This document shows positions 11,950 through 21,480 of a stretch of 21,903 bases of DNA, piece by piece. Position numbers and translations under genes: made by a program. Source of the DNA: Ginkgo biloba (taxonomy: Eukaryota > Plantae > Ginkgophyta). Positions within the stretch are counted from its first letter, which is position 1, and every line of letters begins with the position of its first letter. Location: the NCBI GenBank assembly GCA_024626585.2, contig JANKJI020000004.1, positions 160,332,887 to 160,354,789 of the forward strand. Reading direction: 5' to 3'. A model generated the notes under the pieces. That model was not told where the DNA came from. It saw only the letters and a program-made list of their open reading frames with translations, and did no database searches.

Positions 11950-12590
11950 GGAGACAAGAGTCTTAATCTTTCCTCTTCTTTTTTTCTAATTTTTACATAA
12001 GGATAATTAGCCATTCTTACATAACGTTTAAAGGAAAAAGGTAGTGAGATGTTGAGTCTCTAGATATCTCAGTCTTGAGATATAGTGGTGAATGCCATTC
12101 CTTGCTATTCAACATTCCAATATCTATGATTTCTCAATCTAAAGTGAGGCCTTATGATTTATGAATTGTTAATGCCCATGGCAAACACAATGGTAGTAAA
12201 TGCAATTTTTAAATTCTATGAGAATATATGCTAGAGGAGAGGGAGGTAATGCATTTAGATTATATATAATATGTCAAATATAATTAAGTGTACCATTAAC
12301 AAGGTATGCATATATCTATAAATTTAAGTTGAGAATGATCCTTGCACGAATATAAATTAAGACCTCTAGCTATAATTGATCATCGTGAACTATAACTATC
12401 TCTAATCATTTGGTTTTCTTAGCAACACTCCATGTGATAGGAACACCCAAACACTTTAATTTATGTTTATTATTCTCATAAAATAAAATATTTATAATAT
12501 TTAAGTGCACAACATCATTAAATTATGACACATTACATGGTTCCATGAATTATTGATACATGTCATAATACGTTTCTAGTCTCTGCTAGT
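11950..12590 (-). mobile_element. Rolling-circle transposon PIF1 helicase C-terminal remnant (copy B)
   Basis: Minus strand at about 12115-12200 reads LLPLCLPWALTIHKS*GLTLD*EIIDIG, the PIF1 motif V (Q.PL.LAWA.TIHKSQGLTL). The C-terminus runs to about ..KIRKKEEERLRLL. Confidence 0.85.
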
Positions 12591-12696
12591 TAGGGTNNNN
12601 NNNNNNNNNNNNNNNNNNNNNNNNNNNNNNNNNNNNNNNNNNNNNNNNNNNNNNNNNNNNNNNNNNNNNNNNNNNNNNNNNNNNNNNNNNNNNNNN

Positions 12697-13693
12697 TACA
12701 GATTCTAATTTCATATAGGCAAGTTGTAGAGTTTGTAAAAAATAATCAAGTTCACCACTAATAAGGCCTACTTCTATCCATAAATTTAAGTTGATCATGA
12801 CCCTTGCACTAGTAGCAACTAAGACCTCTAGAAATAAGTGATCATCCTCAACTACACCTACCTCTGATCATTTGGTTTTCTATGCAACACTCCATGTGAC
12901 ATGGACATTTAAACACTTTAACTAATGTAAATTATGGTCATCAACTGAAGCATTCATACTGTACAGGTGGATAGCATCATCAAAGGTGAACATAAGGTGA
13001 AATTACATGAAAGTATTAGTATGTGTCATATGGATTTCCTAATCTTGGATAATTGGAAAGGAATTTTTGAGACTATTTAATTATTAATAGAATTATAAAT
13101 GTTCTAGGTTACTCCATCATTGTCATTTTTTTTTCCAAGGTGACAACACAATCAAATTACATCTATAGAATATTTGATGCATTACTTGTAGTGTATAATG
13201 GTTTGTTCATAATAGGTAGTAATTGTCCCTAATATCTAATTAGTATCATCAATCTTCCTCTAAAAAATAGGTGTTTACATTATGAAAAGACTTCTTAGAG
13301 TTATGAGTCAATTTGTGTCATCAACCTAGTTCCAAGGAAACTCATCTCATCAATCATTACAAACTAAATTCATTGAATTTATTCTTAATAGTTCGTCAAC
13401 TACACACCTTGAAAATATTTCATGTCTCTTATGGGTATTCGAAGTGAAGAATGTATTATTTTTAATGATATATTAAACACAACTATTCCAGTTGGTGCAA
13501 TAAGTAAGAGTAGGATTTTATAAGGAAAGGATACATTCTCTAATGCATTCTTGATTATTTTGATTAAATATGATTTACCTATGCCATCAATTCCTTGAAT
13601 TATCAACTTCAAAAGGTCAAAAAATTGATGAACAATATAGTAGTTCATGATGACATCAAATTTAAGACAATGTTTACTTTCTAGACTAGACAC
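12697..13693 (-). mobile_element. Rolling-circle transposon PIF1 helicase N-terminal/core remnant (copy A)
   Basis: LKLIIQGIDGIGKSYLI (Walker A, G.AG.GKS), LLIAPTGIVVFNI...IHSSLRIP (motif Ia/Ib), MIDEMSFLG (Walker B, about 13335-13360) and GQLLPI (motif III). Multiple stops. Confidence 0.88.
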
Positions 13694-14769
13694 ATTAGGA
13701 AATATTAATGAAGCACCAATAACTACATTTATTTTTCATTAATCTCTCAAGAATCATACTACAAAATGCATTGTATTAGTAAATTTATATTTTGCATGTC
13801 AATCATGATTGGTATCAAAATAATGTAGACCTAATAGTACACATCATTAAATTTCATACTTATACCATTAATCAAACTAGAAAAGATTTTTGATTCATTA
13901 TTCTCTTAGGAATATTCAATTGTATTCAATTTAAGATGTTCATGCTCATTATCAAGAAATTATTTTTTTCTGGCATGCAATTAACATAAAAAGTATGGTA
14001 CCCTACAACATGCCAATTTTTAATTATATCTTTATTTTCAAGGTATATATCATTTACAAAACTATAAAATGAGTTATACAATAGAAATTATGATCAACAA
14101 AATTATTCAAAGTGATCANNNNNNNNNNNNNNNNNNNNNNNNNNNNNNNNNNNNNNNNNNNNNNNNNNNNNNNNNNNNNNNNNNNNNNNNNNNNNNNNNN
14201 NNNNNNNNNNNNNNNNNNNNNNNNNNNNNNNNNNNNNNNNNNNNNNNNNNNNNNNNNNNNNNNNNNNNNNNNNNNNNNNNNNNNNNNNNNNNNNNNNNNN
14301 NNNNNNNNNNNNNNNNNNNNNNNNNNNNNNNNNNNNNNNNNNNNNNNNNNNNNNNNNNNNNNNNNNNNNNNNNNNNNNNNNNNNNNNNNNNNNNNNNNNN
14401 NNNNNNNNNNNNNNNNNNNNNNNNNNNNNNNNNNNNNNNNNNNNNNNNNNNNNNNNNNNNNNNNNNNNNNNNNNNNNNNNNNNNNNNNNNNNNNNNNNNN
14501 NNNNNNNNNNNNNNNNNNNNNNNNNNNNNNNNNNNNNNNNNNNNNNNNNNNNNNNNNNNNNNNNNNNNNNNNNNNNNNNNNNNNNNNNNNNNNNNNNNNN
14601 NNNNNNNNNNNNNNNNNNNNNNNNNNNNNNNNNNNNNNNNNNNNNNNNNNNNNNNNNNNNNNNNNNNNNNNNNNNNNNNNNNNNNNNNNNNNNNNNNNNN
14701 NNNNNNNNNNNNNNNNNNNNNNNNNNNNNNNNNNNNNNNNNNNNNNNNNNNNNNNNNNNNNNNNNGTGC

Positions 14770-15450
14770 TTGACCCTACACGTCGATTCATTTCTTCACA
14801 ATACTTATGCATATTAATCTAATATATTGGGTTCATATCTAATAAGAAATGATCATCAACTATACTATGATGCACCTTCATATTTCTCTAATGAGCATCT
14901 CATGGATTCCATGCATGAATAATTTGATCGAAGAAGATTTTATCATCTTCTATTTCTTAAGGATTATACCAGTTGAGTTGATCCATATCATGTGCATCAT
15001 GTAACCGAATAAATACATGAACATGTAGAGATCCTTTATGTTTCCATTCATATTTTTATATAGAATAAAATATTGCACGAGTTAAATCATGAATTTGAAT
15101 ATTTTACGTACAAAATAAATGAGGTATACTTCATCATGGAGATGATAATATGTGAGAAGAAAGGTAAGTCCATACATACTATATAATTCTATTATATTAT
15201 GGAATTTATTAATTATTTATTCTTAGAAGATGGTATTCCAGAGATACATGTATCTTACAATAATATATGGGTACTAAATTGCATTGTTCCAATACCATCA
15301 TTTTGCTACTACTACAATAATAAGAGGAATACCAAACATAAGCTTATGTAGGTTTGACCATTACATGTTTACAACACTTAATGTGAAGAATATTATCAGT
15401 CATCCTATTTGATGAATCATATCTATTAGTTCAAAATGACACTTTAATAT
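14770..15450 (-). mobile_element. Rolling-circle transposon Rep (HUH endonuclease) remnant, Helentron/Helitron2-like
   Basis: ELIDMIHQIG*LIIFFTLSVVNM*WSNLHKLM (about 15343-15440, motif 1 region FFTLSAAD..W..L) and KYEWKHKGSLHVHVFIRL (about 15002-15055, HUH motif 2 E.Q.RGS.H.H). Confidence 0.85.
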
Positions 15451-16096
15451 GTGCACATTTCTCACAATGTTGTTCCAAATCATGTTATATTTTAAGCTAA
15501 ATGAGCATGTGGAAGTATTTGCAACTAATGTCAAAGGTCATCAATCATGGAAGGAAAGTATTCCTTGACATTCCTATGAATGAAAACTAATGTCATTACT
15601 AATGTACCTTCTTAGTGATGGATAATTTATAAATGTATTATAGAAGTGTTATGATTCACTCCAAGGGGATAATCTTCTCGTGACACTTGTTTATACCCTC
15701 TACAACATGAAAACTCAATTGTCTATCCCTCTATATGGTCTATACAACTCTCCTTTTTCAAAAATTCTCTAGTATTATAAAAATGCATAGATATAAATAG
15801 GATACTATGGAGATGGATGAACTTGAGGAGCGAACTTACATAGTACCCTAGAAATATGTTGCACAACACGATGCGCTCTATAATTGGTGAAAACATAAAA
15901 ACTTCATTCCAAAATTATGTGCCTTTTACATGAAGCTCGAGAATGATGCNNNNNNNNNNNNNNNNNNNNNNNNNNNNNNNNNNNNNNNNNNNNNNNNNNN
16001 NNNNNNNNNNNNNNNNNNNNNNNNNNNNNNNNNNNNNNNNNNNNNNNNNAATAAGGAAGAGTCTTTATTAACCCATAGTTAATAAAGTAAGTGAGT

Positions 16097-16114
16097 GAGA
16101 GAGAGAGAGAGAGA
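16097..16114. repeat. (GA)9 microsatellite within a longer purine-rich tract
   Basis: gagagagagagagagaga read directly. Confidence 0.9.
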
Positions 16115-16239
16115 TGAGATAGAGAGAAGAAACCCTAAGGTGAAAAAATATCTAGTGAAATCCCCTTTAGTTATAGACTACTCGACAAGCTTAATCGATT
16201 AGACCATATGCTAGCCACCTCATAGTTATGATTGTACAT

Positions 16240-17060
16240 CAATTACCTAATACTGATAGTGCATGACCATTTTCATCACAAAATATCTAAATTGTGGATG
16301 TTTTACAAAATGATGTTCATGATATTTTATCAAATTCTCATCATATTGGTTGAATACACTCACCCTCACCTATTAGGAATAATGTTGGAAATGGCATATG
16401 AAGGACACCTTTTGTGGTGTATTCATTTATAAGAGAGAACCCAAGATTGATCAATCAATAATTTCATTATCTTTTTTCCCTAGATTTTGAAGCCATACTC
16501 TGATATGCTCCCAAGTTTCATAAGGTTTCTAGTCATCTTGATGTAAGATATATTTCATGGTGTGGAACACGTATATTCAGATCATGAAAAATATCACCAT
16601 TGCCATCTTTATGCATAACATTTTCAATCTTTATTATAACTATTAAAAGTTGATCAAAGATATTAGTTGGACGTTCAAAGAGTATATGCACTACATCTTC
16701 ATCAATATGTACGCCAACATGGTATTTATCATATTGTATTTTATAACAAAGTTTATTGAATACTCGATACCATTTCATGATGCACTTATAGTTCTTTCCT
16801 TCTTCTCTTCTTCTTTGTATAATCAATAAATCAAAGTGTTCAACACATTGTGAAAATGACGTTGTAATATTGGTAATGTCTTATGGGAAGCTAATGTATG
16901 CCCACTATACTTGTACTATCCCCTAAGATCATGTGAGACTTGAAGTATGGGATTTATTCTAGTAATCAACATTTCTTCTACCTACGTTAAAATTTATAAG
17001 ACATATGGATGTTCCTATAGGTCCATATTATTTCACACTAAGAATCTATTCCCACCATTA
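16240..17060 (-). mobile_element. N-terminal part of RepHel protein (DUF6570-like region) of the rolling-circle element
   Basis: Minus-strand translation: NMDL*EHPYVL*ILT*VEEMLITRINPILQVSH..G*YKYSGHT/ISFP*DI..GKNYKC..RVFNKLCYKIQYDKYH..INEYTTKGVLHMPFPTLFLIG..HFVKHPQFRYF. This matches recalled motifs LT.VEEMLIA, G+Y.GH..SFPQ, AFPTLFP.G and RF..HP.F upstream of Rep in this group. Confidence 0.75.
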
Positions 17061-18037
17061 TCAACATTACAACTATGACATTTAGGTCCCTAAAATGTTT
17101 ATAAAACCCTAATTCTAGTATATGACTCTTAAAAAATATAACATATGTGCATAATGGTGAGTTCATCTATACTAGAGAAGAATATGTGTTGCATATTCAT
17201 TGCTATGTCATCCATATAAAGAGTTGTATATGAAGTGGTTGTATATAATTGCTCACCATAAGAAGCACCATGAATAGTGCACACACCATGTCCATGGCCA
17301 AGTACCAATAATGTTGTATTTGTATCCACTGGATTCAATACTATACATGCCATTTCCTGTTGCATTCTAGTGCAATGTGCATTCGACAAATAAACTGCAT
17401 TGGGTTGTGTAGGATGTGAAATTTGACACACATATTCCTTAGAGAATTGAATATCCATTGCCATTCTTTGGTTTATGACAATGTCTTATGTTATTGGGAA
17501 TGCAATTGAGCTGAATACATTATAAGATATGCATTCATTAACATGATGGGTGAATAAAGTATTTGGGAGATGGTCACTTATATTAATTAAATATTGAGGA
17601 ATACACTCAATAGCAATAGGTGGGGCATTTCATAGCAATGTTCTTAGATGACGATGTGAGGACGATGCATCTCGATGCACATAATCTATAAATTATCGAA
17701 AGGTTTTATCAAGGAAATCGTTGGTGTTTTGTGCATCATTTGATACTACATAGGCACTTATATACTTTGATGACCCAACCTATTCATATTTATTGTCACT
17801 CCATGGTCATTTAAGCATNNNNNNNNNNNNNNNNNNNNNNNNNNNNNNNNNNNNNNNNNNNNNNNNNNNNNNNNNNNNNNNNNNNNNNNNNNNNNNNNNN
17901 NNNNNNNNNNNNNNNNNNCTCAATGAGAATGTAGTTCATTGTTAGTATAATCATCAAACCTAACAATGTGATATTCAACACACACACGCATTATGTTTGG
18001 CCATCTTCAACACCAACTATGACAATTCTACCACATT

Positions 18038-18130
18038 GAGTGAGAGACCACCACTATGAATAAAAATGTGCAAGGGAAAAAGTGTTAAGTGAGAGACCAC
18101 TACCATGAATAAGGAATTTGCAAAGCAAAA
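18038..18130. repeat. Two-copy imperfect tandem duplication, period 49 bp
   Basis: tgagagaccaccactatgaataaaaatgtgcaag at 18041 versus tgagagaccactaccatgaataaggaatttgcaaag at 18090. Confidence 0.7.
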
Positions 18131-18706
18131 TAAGTCAATTGTCCATGGAAAAAAGAGGAAGGATAAAATTAAAATATTATATGTCATGCTTAGAGTCATG
18201 TAAGGTATTAATATCATTTAACATCATTTTCTAAATGTAAACATTCATTACTTATGATGGAATAAGAAAGTTTCGACTGAAAAATTAAATAAGTAGAGAT
18301 TCGCAAGCTTCCAAACTTTATCTAATAAACAAACCATCCATTGGAAATCTATCTACATGTGATCGAAAGTCCTTCTATCTACAATATAGGGCTTCAAGTA
18401 GAAATTTCTGTGTGTCCATCGTGCGATTTCAAGATTTAAATTGATATATTTACCAATTTCTAAATTTAGATTCGGAACTTGCTTTAAAGTATTACCTGCA
18501 TTCATTGATAAAAGCATGCGTAGATTCTTGCCAACGAGGATTTGATCCATTCTAAACGGGAAAAACCCAAAATAAGAAAGAAAGGCCTATTTAGGCACCC
18601 TTGAATGATAAGAGCAATGCACTTTACCCCAAACACATCCTTAAAGGCGTTTACCAGCAGGAGTTTTGGTGTTTGGTTAGTCAAGGGTTTTTCAGACATA
18701 CGTTCA

Positions 18707-18848
18707 ATGGGAGCTTTCAAGGACCAGGAAGAGTGCAAGAACAACGAGGAATGTGGCTGCAATCAGAAATGTGTGCAGGTTTTGATGCTTTTGTGTTTAA
18801 TGCTGCTCATAACGTATGTGTTCATGTATGGAACACTCATGGACGATG
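18707..18848 (+). CDS. EPFL: EPFL exon 1 (Cys-rich N-terminus plus hydrophobic signal/anchor segment)
   Basis: MGAFKDQEECKNNEECGCNQKCVQVLMLLCLMLLITYVFMYGTLMDD, then a phase-1 donor GTGAGA at 18849. The ATG context caATGG is good. In-frame upstream ATGs exist (18605, 18617), so the start is uncertain. Confidence 0.75.
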
Positions 18849-19399
18849 GTGAGATTCTTATCTCGTGTTTTATTGCACTCATAATTTTTCCCACATCATA
18901 TAATTAATTCAAATTTCCGTAGTGCAGGGATCACCAAATCTCATTCAATTGATCATAATTTGCAAAGCAATGCTGTCCGCTCCATTGCCAAATGGGGAAG
19001 ACGAATGCTTATTTTTCATGAGGTGAGCAGTCTTATATTCATAAAATATTTTGGAAACTAGCTTTCTAAGTGTAAATCCTTGATAAGATAAGATATTATA
19101 ACATATGCCCTAGGTTTAATGGTGATGATTTTGGTTGCAGGCTTGTGAAAGGAACTGCGCGGGTTTTCCCATAAAACTCAGAGATAATCGAAAGAAATTA
19201 TTAGAAGAAAGTGATAGTACTGAATGGATAAAATCCGACAGAAGATTTGTTGGATCTTCGCCACCCAACTGCAGATCAAAATGCGGCAAGTGCAGCCCTT
19301 GTAAGAGCGTCATCGTCAGAGGTCTCCCCTTCTAGCAGTCAGGATTACTACCCGCAGGTTTGGAAATGTCAGTGTGGAGGCAAGCTCTACAATCCATAG
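18707..19399 (+). CDS. EPFL: EPIDERMAL PATTERNING FACTOR-LIKE cysteine-rich peptide precursor, 3 exons (18707-18848, 18928-19022, 19141-19399). Contains a +1 frameshift near 19321 as assembled (pseudogene, null allele or assembly error)
   Basis: Canonical GT-AG introns with compatible phases (G|GTGAG..TGCAG|GG, 79 nt; GAG|GTGAG..TTGCAG|GCT, 118 nt). Mature domain GSSPPNCRSKCGKCSPCKSVIVR continues in the +1 frame as VSPSSSQDYYPQVWKCQCGGKLYNP*, the six-Cys EPF pattern. Exons total 496 nt, i.e. 165 codons + 1 nt. Confidence 0.92.
18928..19022 (+). CDS. EPFL: EPFL exon 2 (pro-region)
   Basis: (G)ITKSHSIDHNLQSNAVRSIAKWGRRMLIFHE is open, bounded by a TGCAG acceptor and a GTGAG donor, and phases match both neighbours. 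Confidence 0.8.
19141..19399 (+). CDS. EPFL: EPFL exon 3 (pro-region end and mature EPF domain, frameshifted)
   Basis: ACERNCAGFPIKLRDNRKKLLEESDSTEWIKSDRRFVGSSPPNCRSKCGKCSPCKSVIVR/VSPSSSQDYYPQVWKCQCGGKLYNP*. The uncorrected frame stops at 19335. Confidence 0.92.
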
Positions 19400-20769
19400 T
19401 AATACACACCTTCAGTCAATGCATTCGATACAAGTTGTTTGAGGGGATTGGCTTCTTCAATAATTCAGCTTTCGTAACTTATAACGTTCCATTACATTCT
19501 TATTAATTCTATCTTTTATATATACATTGTTATATGTTACTCGCACGCTTCACTCCGTTTAATACATAGAATGAGCGAATTATTCATGCAGGTGCTTCTT
19601 CTTATACTCGATTTCATTTGAAGTTTTACTCTCTTAAATTTCTGTTTTTTTTTTTACTTCGGTCACGTATTCGTATGTTTTCATTTCTTAGAATTTTGAT
19701 AAACTCNNNNNNNNNNNNNNNNNNNNNNNNNNNNNNNNNNNNNNNNNNNNNNNNNNNNNNNNNNNNNNTACGAAATAATTTCATGAAATGACGTTCGAAA
19801 CCAAAATGAAGCCCGATTAAATGTTTCATTTAAAAAACAATCCATTCCTTTTAGGGTCTTATAGAATATTGAGTTACTTCTACCGAATTCTGAATTTCAG
19901 GTTAAAAAAAAAGAGAGTTAATGCTACCGAAATTCATCGTTTGAGTTCATGTTCAACTAGTTTTTATATCAATCAGCCAACTTCAAGCGGAGAAACTTTC
20001 CAAATCTCTTGAGTTCAAAGCTAAATTCAGCAGTTGAACTGAGGGGAAATCGGCCAATACATCAGTATTCAATCGGGTTTCCAAGTCCACGACGTACGGA
20101 GAGAAGAGTGACAAAAAAAAGCATTTTATTGAAATATAGAAGGAAATATTTTTATGTTGTGTGCCACTCAAACGAAAACACCATACCAATTTTCTCGACT
20201 CTTTTATTAATAAAAATTGTAATAAGTTTATTTGTATTATAATAAAAAGTGGCTTAATAATATTTTGTAGGTTTTTATTATATTTTTGTATTTCTTTTAA
20301 ATTTATTTATTCCACATTGACAAAGTGAGTATCAAAGAATATTTGTACTTTCTATATTTAAGCATTATCAATTCTCATAATAAAGATAAGTTAGTTTAGA
20401 GTCCATTTTCTCATCTATATTGAAAGTGTACTTGGTTGATTCTCTAGTACATTCTTTTAGCTAAATTCCATGCAACTCCAAGGTTGCTCATATCAATTGG
20501 TATCTCTTTCCTATTGATCAATTCTATTTTTACTTTCAAAACTTTAAGAGAAAATTTTACGANNNNNNNNNNNNNNNNNNNNNNNNNNNNNNNNNNNNNN
20601 NNNNNNNNNNNNNNNNNNNNNNNNNNNNNNNNNNNNNNNNNNNNNNNNNNNNNNNNNNNNNNNNNNNNNNNNNNNNNNNNNNNNNNNNNNNNNNNNNNNN
20701 NNNNNNNNNNNNNNNNNNNNNNNNNNNNNNNNNNNNNNNNNNNNGAAATAAAAAAAAAAAATCGAGGAA

Positions 20770-21075
20770 TACATTTTTCTTCCAAAATCGAGGGTTTTAG
20801 ACTAAAATTGGTTGCCAAATTGTCTTGAAATTCATAATTTTCCAAGTAGTTTGGAATTCGCTGATGACTTGCATGAAATCAAAGAAAATTTGAGGGTTTT
20901 CTACCTAAAATCGGAGAAAAAATGGGGATTGCTTGAATCGCCGCATTTTCCTTACAAAATTGGATTTTGTTTTAGCAATTAGATACCAAATCATGTGACC
21001 CTTGCAAAGTTGAGCCACCCTTATAGAATCGTGTTGTTTTCCTTCCAAAATAAAGGGTTTTCTAAGTAAAATTGT
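20770..21075. repeat. Dispersed degenerate direct repeats (~35 bp, TTTTCCTTCCAAAATCGAGGGTTTTCTA..TAAAATTG), 3-4 copies, probably a TE terminal/subterminal region
   Basis: Copies near 20775, 20885, 20946 (partial) and 21037, read directly. Confidence 0.6.
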
Positions 21076-21109
21076 CGTAATCAGTTTAACAATACATTGA
21101 TACTTTTCA

Positions 21110-21480
21110 TAAATTATCCATAAAACTTAGTGTCACCCATGATGAACGAACTCGACTCTTAAAATCTCTTATCAACCTCTTCCCATCCATTAAAAATGAT
21201 CTTGCATTGTTGGAGATCTAAACACTCAATAAAGCCTTTCACTTGGCCCCTTTCGTTGAACATAAACAACAATCTTGTTACTCCTTCACCCAGTGCACCT
21301 CCTCTAATAATGTCACCTCTGACTTATCTCAATCATGCCCTCCTAGCACACGTGACACTTCTTCCTCCTAGAATACCATTACCCCTCACGGTAAGACCAG
21401 ATGTGATAAATATTGTAAACATGATAGCTATTATGGATACACTAAGGATGAATATTTTCCTTTTTATCCTCATTTATACA
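21110..21480 (+). mobile_element. Highly decayed LTR-retrotransposon gag-like remnant with eroded zinc knuckle
   Basis: KLSIKLSVTHDERTRLLK..SIKNDLALLEI*TLNKAFHLAPFVEHK and KYCKHDSYYGYTKDEYFPFYPHL, which resembles YC.HC...GH....C..LHP.L. Confidence 0.45.

Noticed and set aside
13400-13693. Functional host PIF1 helicase gene
   Set aside because: Many stops and frameshifts, an altered Walker A, and linkage to Rep motifs indicate a dead transposon.
14054-14822. Long ORFs of 234-252 aa, and other X-filled ORFs in the track
   Set aside because: Artefacts of translating N-runs.
18427-18475. 30-bp-period repeat (NLNLEI twice in minus ORF 18353-18550)
   Set aside because: Short AT-rich similarity in a probably non-coding promoter, and the ORF has no recognisable homology.
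18601-18852. Alternative-frame and antisense ORFs overlapping EPFL (18601-18852 +, 18502-18762 -, 19116-19313 -)
   Set aside because: Shadow ORFs of the higher-GC coding exons with no independent support.
19301-19342. Cryptic mini-intron (GTAAGA donor; TTCTAG/CAG acceptors) that might rescue the EPFL frame
   Set aside because: Candidate introns are only 19-42 nt. Those using the strong donor destroy Cys4 and give a stop or the wrong frame. Frame-restoring ones need weak donors and are 28-34 nt.
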